Shown piece after piece: positions 18,053 to 28,686 of a stretch of DNA of 64,000 nt (positions are counted from its first letter, which is position 1; every line of letters begins with the position of its first letter). Source of the stretch: Opitutales bacterium (GTDB taxonomy: Bacteria > Verrucomicrobiota > Verrucomicrobiia > Opitutales > PNEW01); the NCBI GenBank assembly GCA_965197745.1, contig CBDANS010000007.1, positions 832,001-896,000 of the forward strand, written 5' to 3'. The position numbers and the translations under genes are program-made. The notes below the pieces were generated by a model that was given only the letters and a program-made list of their open reading frames with translations, had not been told where the DNA came from and did not search any database.

Positions 18053-19533
18053 TCACGGGGTGATAGCTGCAAAGTTTTTTTCAGTGAATAAACTTTTGTG
18101 GTGACGGTACCAGTCACTTTGGAACCGTTCATCGGGGTCATACATCTTCTTTTTTTGAAGAAATGCTCGAAATTCCGGATAGCAAGATTGAACCTGCTCA
18201 AGCGTAGCAAATTTATGATAGGTTAAATAATAACTTCCTCCAAATCTGATCGCCAGGTCAATGAGACGGCGGAATGCTTCCGCAGAGTGTGCTATGCCTT
18301 CGTTCGTGTGTTCAGTGTGAAGATTAAAAATAACACAAGCATAAGATTGTTTCGCCCATGCTAAATAGCTTTCCTCGTCTCGCGCGATCATCCTAATTGT
18401 TCCATAAATTAAATTGACATCGTTATCTATGAAATCGCCGCGCACATCACTCATGAATTTCTCCAGTTTATCTCTGGGGACATAAATTTCTGTGATAATT
18501 TCCGATGCCGGATTGCAGGTTCCCAGTTTCAAGTCCATGTCTCGATGGTAGTCATCAATATAAATACTTAACTGATGAGTGTCAGAGTAGTATAACTGGT
18601 TAGAGGTAGAGAGATAAAAATCAGCGTATTTTTGAAATGCCTTTCCCTTGTCGCAATGCGCTTGCTTCAAAAGGTCTCTCCAATCATCAGCCGAGAGCTT
18701 TTTCTGATCTGTCGGCATCGGCGTATTCGGGTCAACGGGTCGATAACATGAGAAGACTCCTTTTCGCAAAAAGTCCTCAGATGTCTCGTCCGTAGAAAAT
18801 TGAAAATCTCCATAAATATAGCCATCATCAATACGTTTGTTGACAACGCTAAGCAGGTTTTCAATTTTTTCTATTTCTACATGCCGTATAATTTTTTTCG
18901 GGGCACCAGTCGCAATGTCACCGAATAGACAATTCCAAAAAGACCGTACCCGCCAATTGCCAAACGAAATAGAATGGGATTTTCCTGGCGACTGCACCGC
19001 TGTAATATGCCTCGCGCATCAATCAGGAGGAATGATTCGATGTCCTGGATAAAAGGTTTGAAGCAAAGCCCCCTCCCGTGAATGTTGGCAGCTAGTGCTC
19101 CGCCAATACTCAATCGATCAGCGCCTGTTTGCTTTTGGTTGATTGTCCAGGAATGTGTGGAATTCCTCTCTACCGTATTTAAGTAAGCAATTAATTCTGG
19201 CCAACGAATACCGGCTTCAACCTCAATCGTTCCTCGTTCGCAGTCAAAGCTTAGCACCCGATTTAATCCTGTGGTATCGAGCAATATGGCATCATTTGCG
19301 AATTGCTGTCCTCCCATCGCATGCTTCCCTCCGGCTATGCAAATCTCTCTACCTGTGTTTCTGGCGTAAATGATAGTCTGCTGTATGGAACCAATCGAAT
19401 CTACCTTCACAACACGGTTTACCCAGGTCCGGTTGAGTTGGGAATGTATATCATTAACCCAGATTCCGTCACCCTCTGACGGACTGCGTTCAACGGGATC
19501 AGATCGAACACGATTATAACTCATGGATGGCAT
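18053..19533 (-). pseudogene. FAD-binding oxidoreductase (FAD_binding_4, DprE1/ALO-like), frameshifted at T7 18892-18898
   Basis: GGKHAMGGQQ, SIGGALAANIHGRG and GGYGLFG in ORF 18877-19533. It continues as IIRHVE...GGSYYLTY...YDPDERFQSDWY in ORF 18053-18997. One extra A joins the two. Confidence 0.85.
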
Positions 19534-19799
19534 CGTTTATTGTGCTCCTACTAAGCACGAGTGATGCCAGCCTTATAAAAATTTAATATAATGTTATATA
19601 ATAATAACTTATGTAATTATAATAAAGAGGATCCACATTTACAGAAACAAAGATAATTGACCTAAAATGCCAGGTTGTATTCATAGGATGTCAGGTAATG
19701 AGGAATAAGATTTATAGCTGATAACGATCGCCTCAGCGTTGAAGTGCTCACGTAATTTAAGTACTGCAATCAAATCTGATTAACATAAAAATCTGAATT

Positions 19800-20945
19800 A
19801 TGATTAACACAGCTGATATCGTTATCATCGGTGGCGGAGTTCATGGAGCCAGCCTGGCCTATAATTTAGCGCGGGAAAAAGCGGGAAAAATTGTTCTTCT
19901 CGAGAAGAAACATATGGCTTCAGGCCCAACCGCAAAATCGAGTGCCATGATCCGTCCACTTTTCAACGAGTCCGTATATATCGAGCTGGTCAGTGAAGCG
20001 ACAAAAATGTTTGAACAATGGGATGACTGTGTGGGTGGTGACTCAGGATTTGTGCAAAATGGTTTTCTCAGAATTACTGATTCCTTAGAAAAAGAGGCAT
20101 TGGCGGGGGATCTTAAGCTTGCGAAAAGCCTCGGGGTGAATTATCAGATTATACCGAACGATGGATTGAATAACTATGCCCCTAACGGAAAATTTGGTGA
20201 TGAAGAAATAGGTGTTTTATTCCCCGAAGGTGGATTTGCTGATCCTTACTTAACAACAATTTCTTTAGCCTCAGCCGCAAAAAGGTTGGGCGCAGAAATA
20301 ATCGAGGGGGTTAGTGTCACGGGTATTAAATTATCCCAGGGTCGCGTTGATACGATTCAAACAGATGCCGGAGAAATCAGCACCCGCATCGTCGTCAATT
20401 GCGCCGGGTCCTGGAGCGATCGCATTGCTGCCTATGCGGGTATTCAACTGCCTATAGAAATTCACCGCATTCCCATATGTCTCTTTCGCAGGCCCCTGGA
20501 CATGAATATAGAGAACCCCGTTTACTCTGACGGGACCCATGGCGTGTATTTGCGAAAAACCGATGAGAATATATTCAGATCCGGTCTCTTCGGTTTTGAT
20601 ATAGATCCTGTCGATCCTGACTCTTATGATGAAACGATAAGTAAAGAGCAGCTCAATGTCATTCGCAAACCCCTGAATCAGCGGTTTACAGCAATTAATA
20701 AAACTTATTTTACGGGTGGTTTTTCCGCTATCTATGATATGAGCCCCGACGGACATCCGATCATTGGAATGATGCCGGAGGTTGATGGTTTCTGGTGTGA
20801 TTGTGGATGGAGCGGAAATGGTTTTGCCAGCTCACCGGTTATCGGGCGCTGTTTAGCTTCAGAGATCACGGGTGGAAAAAGTGATATCGATATCTCTTAT
20901 TTTCGCTGGCCGCGTTCACCGGAAGTAACAAATCGCAAGAAGTAA
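19800..20945 (+). CDS. FAD-dependent amine/amino-acid oxidoreductase (DAO/sarcosine oxidase beta-like)
   Basis: IIGGGVHG, NCAGSWS, YDMSPDGHPIIG and GWSGNGF motifs. Confidence 0.9.
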   Translation: MINTADIVIIGGGVHGASLAYNLAREKAGKIVLLEKKHMASGPTAKSSAMIRPLFNESVYIELVSEATKMFEQWDDCVGGDSGFVQNGFLRITDSLEKEALAGDLKLAKSLGVNYQIIPNDGLNNYAPNGKFGDEEIGVLFPEGGFADPYLTTISLASAAKRLGAEIIEGVSVTGIKLSQGRVDTIQTDAGEISTRIVVNCAGSWSDRIAAYAGIQLPIEIHRIPICLFRRPLDMNIENPVYSDGTHGVYLRKTDENIFRSGLFGFDIDPVDPDSYDETISKEQLNVIRKPLNQRFTAINKTYFTGGFSAIYDMSPDGHPIIGMMPEVDGFWCDCGWSGNGFASSPVIGRCLASEITGGKSDIDISYFRWPRSPEVTNRKK

Positions 20946-21073
20946 GGGAAAAAACCGTATATTTTAAAGCAATTCACATGGTAAGGATAATGTCATGCGT
21001 AATCGTTCGAGAGACTCGAAGAACCGGGGCTTAAAAATAGTAAGTAATCCTCAACTCCATCAGGTATTACTTT

Positions 21074-22063
21074 ATGAACAAGATAAGAGTCGGTGTAATT
21101 GGCTCGGGGGGGATGGCAAAAAGCAGGATTTCATCGTTTTCTTGTCTCGATGGATGTGAAATCGTGGCCCTTGCCGCGCGCAATGCCGAAACAGGCACTG
21201 CATTAAGCAAGGAATATGAAATCCCCTATCGTCCAGATTGGCGTGAATTACTGAACCAAAATGATGTAGATGCGGTAATTATATGTACAAACAATGATAG
21301 CCACGGGACAATCGCCCTGGCCGCAATTAATGCAGGCAAGCATGTATTCCTTGAATACCCGCTTGCACGCAGTTTGGAGGAGTGTAATCAGTTGGTAAAG
21401 CAGGTGGAATCCACCGGGCGTGTTCTAAGAATAGCGCATGACGAGTCTCTGTCAGCGGTTCACCGGCAATTGAAAGAGCAGGTTAACTTATTGGGTGACC
21501 TACTGACCACTGTCTTTGTGCGCCTCACACCCGGTAAAGGAGCGCGCCCCGATGTATTGTTTAATCTGAATATATCAGGTCCACCGGCACTTTTTTTTAT
21601 TTATCATATTTCTCCGCTTGTCGATCTCTTTGGGCCGGCAGTTTGGGTTGAAGGTCATGCTGAATATCCCGGATTGGAAAAATCAGGACGCTACGAACAG
21701 TTTATCAATGCGGTGACCGTAAAATTTGAGCGGGGAGGATCAGCTCATTGGACATGGGCGGGTGGAATTGCTATCAATAAAGCTGAAGAATATCAGCGTA
21801 TTATCATGAGCGAGGGAACACTGATAAAGGAAAATGGAAAATGGTTTAAATCCCTATCAGAAAATGAAGTGGAGATTCAATTCACGAGGGATGATAAATT
21901 ATCATTAGAAGAATTATTTTTGAATGAAGTAAGAGGTGTGGAATCGTTATGGCGCGACGATTTGCAACGAGAATATGAAGCTGTTACCATCAGTTTAGCT
22001 GCCGAAATATCATTTCAGGAAAAGAGACGAGTCTTTATTAACGAGCCACTTTTTTCTTCTTGA
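21074..22063 (+). CDS. Gfo/Idh/MocA family oxidoreductase
   Basis: VGVIGSGG, DAVIICTNNDSH and AGKHVFLEYP motifs. Confidence 0.88.
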   Translation: MNKIRVGVIGSGGMAKSRISSFSCLDGCEIVALAARNAETGTALSKEYEIPYRPDWRELLNQNDVDAVIICTNNDSHGTIALAAINAGKHVFLEYPLARSLEECNQLVKQVESTGRVLRIAHDESLSAVHRQLKEQVNLLGDLLTTVFVRLTPGKGARPDVLFNLNISGPPALFFIYHISPLVDLFGPAVWVEGHAEYPGLEKSGRYEQFINAVTVKFERGGSAHWTWAGGIAINKAEEYQRIIMSEGTLIKENGKWFKSLSENEVEIQFTRDDKLSLEELFLNEVRGVESLWRDDLQREYEAVTISLAAEISFQEKRRVFINEPLFSS

Positions 22064-22159
22064 GGAGGCTGCAATTGATAGCCTTTTACTTTTTATGTAA
22101 CAATGAGATAATTTAAAATTTCCAGTCGTAATAAATAGATTCGAAATGGAGATTAAAAT

Positions 22160-22930
22160 ATGGAAGCGGTAAAATTTGATTTAGAGGGGAAAGTTGCGAT
22201 TATCACCGGAAGTGGAACAGGTATCGGGAGAACCCTTGCTATAGGTTTGTCTCAAGCCGGCGCTGATATTGTCGTAACCGAGCTTCCTGGAAAAGAGGCG
22301 GCAGCTGAAGAAACAGCAGATGCGGTACGTAAACAGGGGAAACGGGCGATAACAGTGGAACTGGATGTAACACAAATAAAGAGTGTCGAGCGTATGATAG
22401 CAGTAACCATGGAGAAATTAGGGAGCATTGATATTCTCGTAAATAACGCGGGCACCATTATCAGGAAAAAAGCAATCGATATAACGGAAGAAGATTGGGA
22501 CACAGTAATGGACGTTAATTTGAAAGGGTTATTTTTTACGAGTCAGACAGTGGCCAGGGAAATGATAAAACAGCGATTCGGTAAAATCATCAATATATCG
22601 TCTATTAATGGTGTCATTGGGTCAGCAGAACGAGCATCATACACCGCGAGTAAAGCGGGAGTAATCAATTTAACCCGTACCCTCGCCGCGGAATGGGCAG
22701 AATATGGAATCAATGTAAATGGTATAGGTCCCACCTATTTATTAACCCCGTTAACCGAAACATTATTTGAAAATGAAACCTTCAAGGAGAAATACTTTGA
22801 TCGTCAACCCATTCAGCGAATAGGCAGACCCGAAGACATCCTGGGTGCTGTTATATACCTGGCGAGTTCCGCATCCAACCTCGTAACAGGGCATACCATC
22901 ATGGTCGACGGGGGATGGACAGCGGTTTAA
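22160..22930 (+). CDS. SDR oxidoreductase (gluconate 5-dehydrogenase/KduD-like)
   Basis: TGSGTGIG, NNAG, YTASK and VDGGWTA motifs. Confidence 0.9.
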   Translation: MEAVKFDLEGKVAIITGSGTGIGRTLAIGLSQAGADIVVTELPGKEAAAEETADAVRKQGKRAITVELDVTQIKSVERMIAVTMEKLGSIDILVNNAGTIIRKKAIDITEEDWDTVMDVNLKGLFFTSQTVAREMIKQRFGKIINISSINGVIGSAERASYTASKAGVINLTRTLAAEWAEYGINVNGIGPTYLLTPLTETLFENETFKEKYFDRQPIQRIGRPEDILGAVIYLASSASNLVTGHTIMVDGGWTAV

Positions 22931-22990
22931 AAATAAGATTTACAAAACGTATAATTCTTCGTCTTCGTCCCTCCTCTTTATTCTTTTCCT

Positions 22991-23051
22991 GGAGGGCCAC
23001 GCGTCGTTGTGGCCGCAGGGAATATCGAGATATAATTTTTAGCTATTTAAA
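22991..23051 (+). repeat. REP plus conserved AT-rich tail, homologous to 17955-18015
   Basis: GGAGGGCCACGCGTCGTTGTGGCCGC-AGGGAA...TTTTTAGCTATTTAAA. Confidence 0.8.
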
Positions 23052-23150
23052 TGAAGCAGACCAAGACGCCGCTACATTGTTTAATGCAAACCCTTAATCC
23101 TTTACTCAATCCACCGATATATTTTCCGCGGAAAATATTCAAAGAGAAAA

Positions 23151-23528
23151 TTACTCGGCCTTTATAGCGCTCTCAATTTCCTGAATAAGAATATCGCTAT
23201 CGGTAATAGGCTTACTGATGTATCCGGAAAATCCCTCACTCAAGTAGTGTTCCCTGTCATTTCCCAATCTCTGAGCAGTAACAGCGATAATAGGAACCTT
23301 GTCATACTTATTATAAATGCGAATGTTCTCCAATATTTCACCCCCGTTCATTCCCGGTAAATTAATATCCATGAGAAATGCATCAGGGACGATACAATCG
23401 GGTTGGTCTAAAAAGTTAAAGAGCTCAAGGGCATTGGTAAATATTTTTATTTCGTAAATGCCGCTGAGCATATCGAGAATTAAATCAGCATTGTCTTTGT
23501 TATCTTCAACTAAATATACTTTTTTCAT
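23151..23528 (-). CDS. Single-domain response regulator (DivK/CheY-like)
   Basis: LVEDN, MDINLPGMNG, AVTA and YISKP motifs. Confidence 0.9.
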   Translation of the reverse strand: MKKVYLVEDNKDNADLILDMLSGIYEIKIFTNALELFNFLDQPDCIVPDAFLMDINLPGMNGGEILENIRIYNKYDKVPIIAVTAQRLGNDREHYLSEGFSGYISKPITDSDILIQEIESAIKAE

Positions 23529-23684
23529 AATTAATAATAGATGCCAGCTAGAGAATGTATATCAGCTAATTGTGATAAAGTTAATATTGTCAGGATGAGC
23601 GATTTTTAACAAGCATCTTTTACTTGAATTTTTCATGACCTGTTTGGAAAAATAAAAGCGTGATTAATTCAAATTAACCTATGT

Positions 23685-24596
23685 TTAAATCGCAAGAGAG
23701 ATAAGTTCACTGATGTTTTCAGGAATATTAACCCAAAGATGAGAGTTGTCTTTCCAAATCATTGATTGAGGAGAAAGGTATTTATTAATTACATTTTTCA
23801 TATCGGTAATCGACTTACCCTGCCAGTAGCCATCGTTCGTGGCTGATAAGACATAGGCTTTTATGTCGAGTGGGGCTTTTATATTTTCGGTGCAGTGGGG
23901 TAAGAGCCAATTCATACAATCAGAGGAAACATAGGTCCAGGATAGCCCAAAAATTTTAAAACGGGATTCAAGATCGTGCTTGAAGAATGTTTTATTTTGC
24001 ACCCCATATTTCCAATTATAAGTTAAGCGGGTCTCAGGATTAATAAATGACAATAGGTTACTATTAGGTAGGGCGCAGTATCGAAAACCATTTCGTTTAA
24101 CACCATTAAGAGGGAAAAATAATTTTTCCCAAAAGCTGTCATCCACGCTATCTGGCGCTGAAGCGACCCAGAGCAGTTGTAAAGACTGCTGAGTATCCTT
24201 AGATAATTTTGGGTATGCTTGAAGGAAGTCATAAAATCCGGTGCTTGATGCAATGACAGAAACCCGGTTAAATTTTTGAGAAAGTTCATTTAAGTCTGAA
24301 CACATTTGGACTTCTCGTTTATTTTGATTTTCTTTCGTGTACTTTTCCCATATTGGAACGGTGGCTGAAAATTCTGAAAGATAAAGCGAGCGAATATAAA
24401 ATCTATTTTTGAGTTTGCGGTATAAGCTGGGTAGGGCGAAACGGATCTGCCCCGGCGATCCATCTAAACCATGAATAAAATAGAAGGCTTCATCTGCCTG
24501 TTCTTCATTACCGTACTCGTTCAGATCATCGTAGAAAAATCGATAATAATTCAATGATTCGTAATATTTATTTTCGAATTTATCGGATAGTGACAT
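23685..24596 (-). CDS. Hypothetical protein, probable alpha/beta-hydrolase fold
   Basis: FIHGLDGS, IASSTG elbow, NDG and SHL near the C-terminus; AT-rich. Confidence 0.6.
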   Translation of the reverse strand: MSLSDKFENKYYESLNYYRFFYDDLNEYGNEEQADEAFYFIHGLDGSPGQIRFALPSLYRKLKNRFYIRSLYLSEFSATVPIWEKYTKENQNKREVQMCSDLNELSQKFNRVSVIASSTGFYDFLQAYPKLSKDTQQSLQLLWVASAPDSVDDSFWEKLFFPLNGVKRNGFRYCALPNSNLLSFINPETRLTYNWKYGVQNKTFFKHDLESRFKIFGLSWTYVSSDCMNWLLPHCTENIKAPLDIKAYVLSATNDGYWQGKSITDMKNVINKYLSPQSMIWKDNSHLWVNIPENISELISLAI

Positions 24597-24779
24597 ATGA
24601 TGAGGAAAGGTCGGAATATTTAGATCTATAGCGGTAAAAAAATAATATTAATTTATATTTCAGATATTTGAAGAGCGTAATTTTTAATTATGAACCTTTG
24701 ATTCAGATTAAGTTACCACCTTTTATATAATATTTGATATACGGAGGACGAGGATGAGGAAGAATTTTTACTTAAACTC

Positions 24780-25517
24780 TCATTTCTGCTCTTGCCGACA
24801 TGCATTTTCAATCTGTGAAAATGTATCGCGTATGTGTTCTGCGCAACGTTTCACAATTATTGCCAATGCCTTTTCTCCTTTATCTCGAGAGGCTAAACTC
24901 GATTTACCCCACACCCCCGTTTTGCTCATCGCGCTCATGGGTAAATAGTCGAAATACTCTGCGGTTTTACCAGGAGGCACATGATCATGACGCTCTTTCC
25001 CCACAGTGGATTCATCAATAGTCAGCATCAGAGAGGTTTCAAAATCGCCACCATGTAAATCGTTGTCGAAATCAGGAAATATTTGGCATAACTCTTTAAG
25101 CGCCGGCATCCAGGGGTTAATAAGTAGAACTTTACCATCATTTCGGGTGGTGTTCAGTTTGCGCACCGCGATTTTTAAAATAGCATTGCCACCATGGAGA
25201 TTGACGATCACGACCTTTTTAAAACCCTGCACGAAAAGGCAAGTGACCAGGTCTTCAGTTACTTGAGCGAGGGTCTCATGTTTGAGGGAAACAGTACCTC
25301 GAAAATCAGCATGCGCTTCCGAATTACTAAAGGGTAAGGCCGGCAGGAGGTAGGCATTCAGTTCATGAGCAATACCTTCACCCACAGCATCAGCCTCCAT
25401 CCAATCGGTGCCAAGGGGAAGATGCGTGTCATGTTGTTCGATCGCCCCTACAGGTAATATTGCTATTTCGGCCTTGCTTTTTTCCAATTCAGGGCTGGTA
25501 TTTTTTGCGTTCCACAT
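24780..25517 (-). CDS. Creatininase family protein
   Basis: PVGAIEQHDTHLPLGTD, NLHGGN and HGGDFETS motifs. Confidence 0.93.
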   Translation of the reverse strand: MWNAKNTSPELEKSKAEIAILPVGAIEQHDTHLPLGTDWMEADAVGEGIAHELNAYLLPALPFSNSEAHADFRGTVSLKHETLAQVTEDLVTCLFVQGFKKVVIVNLHGGNAILKIAVRKLNTTRNDGKVLLINPWMPALKELCQIFPDFDNDLHGGDFETSLMLTIDESTVGKERHDHVPPGKTAEYFDYLPMSAMSKTGVWGKSSLASRDKGEKALAIIVKRCAEHIRDTFSQIENACRQEQK

Positions 25518-25540
25518 CTTATACCTCTCTCGTTGATATT

Positions 25541-26428
25541 TTACTCAATTATCTTCAGCGTTTGGGCCAGTTTTTTTATCTCTTCCAAATGCCAATCGTC
25601 GGCTTTAGGGTAGGGGGGGCGGGTCGTTGCATGATCAATGATCCCCTTCCATTGAAGAATGTGTTTAGCGACCGAAAAGGCATAGGGGTCCGGGGTTATG
25701 AAGGTTATGAGGGGTATCATATTTTCATAGAAATGGGCTCTTGCTTCATCCCATTTTTTTTCTTGCACCAGATCATACAAGACAACTTCGTGATCGGGCA
25801 TAACCGCCGCGCTTCCGGCAATCACCCCATCGCTTCCGGCGATATAGGTGATCAATGAATACATGTCTGAACCGCATAAAGCGGGAATGGATAGTGATTC
25901 GTGTTTCAACACTTCGTAAGACCCGATATCGCCGCTTACTTTCAAGGCCGCAATCCGATCACAATCCCTTATGATAGGGAGAACGTCCTTTTGCATATTG
26001 AGCCTTCCCTCGTTGGTCATATCATAAAGCATAACCGGCACCTCTTCCGCGATTTTGAGGAAAAATGAGTGTAAATCCTTGTAGGAACGCTTTTTTACCA
26101 TGGCGAAACTGGCCCCTTTCCGAGAGGCAATCTTTGCCGCTTTCATACCCTCATCGAGGTCGAGAGAGATAATGCCCATTCCGACGGGCACCCTGCCATT
26201 CACATGTTCCAGAACATGGTCCAATACCGCTTCGATCTCATTGAGGTTCATCCCCTCAAACTCCCCCGCTTTTCCACAGGCTACCAGGCCATGTACTCCA
26301 CCGTCCAGGATGTAATCTATTAGACGACTCATACTCTGAGGATCGAACTTACTTCCATCCTCACTAAATGGTGTAGAGAGAAGGGTGTATACTCCTCCAC
26401 TGAGTTGGATGTCACTACCCTTAGTCAT
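25541..26428 (-). CDS. Dihydrodipicolinate synthase family (class I aldolase) protein
   Basis: TPF, GKAGEF, MLYD, ALKVS and RPP motifs. Confidence 0.88.
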   Translation of the reverse strand: MTKGSDIQLSGGVYTLLSTPFSEDGSKFDPQSMSRLIDYILDGGVHGLVACGKAGEFEGMNLNEIEAVLDHVLEHVNGRVPVGMGIISLDLDEGMKAAKIASRKGASFAMVKKRSYKDLHSFFLKIAEEVPVMLYDMTNEGRLNMQKDVLPIIRDCDRIAALKVSGDIGSYEVLKHESLSIPALCGSDMYSLITYIAGSDGVIAGSAAVMPDHEVVLYDLVQEKKWDEARAHFYENMIPLITFITPDPYAFSVAKHILQWKGIIDHATTRPPYPKADDWHLEEIKKLAQTLKIIE

Positions 26429-26472
26429 TTTTATATTTATTTTTACTTAGCATGCCTATAAATTTGCTACTA

Positions 26473-28380
26473 TCATGTAGGGATAATCGGGAGCACCACA
26501 TGGGATGGGTGTTCTGCGTCCAGGTGAATGGTATTGTCCGCGCTGGCTTGACGTCGGTTGAGGCCAATCTTTTCGCCGGTGTTGGGGTTTACATCAAAAC
26601 GTGGAAAATTGGAACTGGAGATATCAAGCCGCATGCGGTGGCCAGTGACAAAGAGGTTGCTCGTAGGATAAAGGGTGATCGTCACCGTGTCGATTTCACC
26701 GGGTGGCAGAAACCGGGCGGTCTCAGGACCCTTGCGATATCGCAAGCGCATGATACTGTCTGTAAGGTTTAAAGCGTAACCGAGTGGATACGATGCACTG
26801 GGCGGGTAGAGGTCGATCAGTTTGGCCGTGAAGTCAGTGTCGAGAGCCGACGAGGAGACCCAAAGGGTTACGGTGATTGGGCCGGTCACTTCTACATCCT
26901 GTTCAAGCGCCTCAGTTTGAAAAATGATGACATCGCTGCGTGAACCTAATGGCAGGTAGGGTGGCTCACAACCGTAAATATCTGGCGATTCTACCTGGTT
27001 GAATCCTCCCGCGTTCATGATCGGTTCAGCTCGGGCGGCGAAGTGGAGAATCCCTGGGTCGGCCAGGCCTGGGGGCATGGGACCAACCTCCTGATGTGAC
27101 GAAACACCTCCACCGATTGACGGCACCGGGTTTGAAGGATCGAATCGATAAGTGATGGCCGCTTCTGTTTGATCAGGCGGCTGACGCCGCAACAATTGAT
27201 CCTCGTGCAGATAGTAATGGGTGAATTGGGTGCGGGCCAGCGGCCATTCGTTTTCATCTCGCCACGATCCGCCATGAAACAAGCGACCGTTCCTTGAGCG
27301 ACAGCCATGGCCACCCCCCATAACGAATATGCGCACCGGTGGTTGGTCTTCGATAGCCGAACCCTGCCCCTTTAAGACAGCGTCGAACCAGGAAAAATGC
27401 AGATCGCGAAAGCTATCGAGCGCCGCCTCCGGTCCGAACTCCACGTCGCCGGCAAAGGACTGTTCGACTGTCGTGTTGCCATGGGTCCAAGGTCCGACTA
27501 GAACTTTAATGGGGCCTTTTTTTCGTGACGACAAACCAATGTAATTCTCGAATGTCGCCCGTGTATAGGAGTCATACCAACCGCCAACGATGAGCATGGG
27601 TATATCCGGGAATTGATCCCAATGTTCGGATGGCGCCCAGCTTGGGTTTCGCCAGTAGTCATCGTAATCACTATGGGTGAGCAGTTCCATCGCCCAGTCT
27701 TCGTAAGGCGGCACCAGGCGCAGTTGCGTTTGTCCTCGACGAATAGGCATGCGCTGGAGCCAGTCACCAAAGGTGTTAGCGCCCAGATTCAGAGCGTGAT
27801 CGATACTGGGGTCATTCTTCAGTTCGGCTTGGGTATTGCCCGCGGAATGCCAGAACGCCCAGGCCATAAACCGCAGTTCCAGCGCTCCGCCATGGCGCAC
27901 GCTGCTGCTGTGCGCGTTGGACCCGCTCATGTTGGGGATCATCGTAGCAAGTTGTTCAGGACCCAGCGCGGCCATCGCCGTCTGTGTCCAGCCGCACCAG
28001 GAGGTTCCCCAGCTGCCCACCTGGTCGTTTGACCACGGTTGTTGTGCAATCCACGCGAGGGTATCGTAGCCGTCTTGGGCCTCCGGCAGGAGAAAGTTGA
28101 CTTTACCGCCTGAACTGAAGCATCCCCGACAATCCTGAAGGACCACTGCAAATCCGCGGCGGGCAAACCATGATCCTTCACCCGTCGAGCGTTCAGTGTT
28201 ACTTTTGTCATAGGGCGTGCGGAAGAGCAGAGTCGGCATTTTCTCAGGAAGTGGATTTCCCTCTTTTGCCGGAAGAAAAATATCGGTTGCCATCTCCACG
28301 CCGTCACGCATGGGCACCATTACGTCTTTCTCTACAATGACATCATAAATATCAGGTGACGATTGCTCACTCATAGCCAT
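26473..28380 (-). CDS. CocE/NonD family hydrolase
   Basis: VPMRDGV, RTPY, GTSWCG, GGWYD, GPWTH and ISSSNFPRFD motifs. Confidence 0.93.
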   Translation of the reverse strand: MAMSEQSSPDIYDVIVEKDVMVPMRDGVEMATDIFLPAKEGNPLPEKMPTLLFRTPYDKSNTERSTGEGSWFARRGFAVVLQDCRGCFSSGGKVNFLLPEAQDGYDTLAWIAQQPWSNDQVGSWGTSWCGWTQTAMAALGPEQLATMIPNMSGSNAHSSSVRHGGALELRFMAWAFWHSAGNTQAELKNDPSIDHALNLGANTFGDWLQRMPIRRGQTQLRLVPPYEDWAMELLTHSDYDDYWRNPSWAPSEHWDQFPDIPMLIVGGWYDSYTRATFENYIGLSSRKKGPIKVLVGPWTHGNTTVEQSFAGDVEFGPEAALDSFRDLHFSWFDAVLKGQGSAIEDQPPVRIFVMGGGHGCRSRNGRLFHGGSWRDENEWPLARTQFTHYYLHEDQLLRRQPPDQTEAAITYRFDPSNPVPSIGGGVSSHQEVGPMPPGLADPGILHFAARAEPIMNAGGFNQVESPDIYGCEPPYLPLGSRSDVIIFQTEALEQDVEVTGPITVTLWVSSSALDTDFTAKLIDLYPPSASYPLGYALNLTDSIMRLRYRKGPETARFLPPGEIDTVTITLYPTSNLFVTGHRMRLDISSSNFPRFDVNPNTGEKIGLNRRQASADNTIHLDAEHPSHVVLPIIPT

Positions 28381-28434
28381 ACACGGACAGTGATTAAATA
28401 CTCGATGGGGTGACTGATGTTGAGAAGATTCATC

Positions 28435-28623
28435 TTAGCGTTCTGTCCAATACTTTTTTCCCAGGATGGCACTGACAATAAAGAGGGCGAGAGCAAGCAT
28501 CATTTTTACTATCCATAAATCAGTGGTATAAAGGTTGGATGCCATTAACAAAATGGCAACCAGAAGCAGGATCACCGCAGAATAAATTTTTTCCAGCTGG
28601 TTTGTTCTTTTGTCGTCTTCCAT
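28435..28623 (-). CDS. Small two-TM membrane protein
   Basis: 62 aa with two hydrophobic helices, co-oriented directly after the symporter. Confidence 0.6.
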   Translation of the reverse strand: MEDDKRTNQLEKIYSAVILLLVAILLMASNLYTTDLWIVKMMLALALFIVSAILGKKYWTER

Positions 28624-28686
28624 ATTAATGAATGTTTCGAGAATGGTGATCTATCATCAAATCATACATGCCGTGCTGAAAAAATA

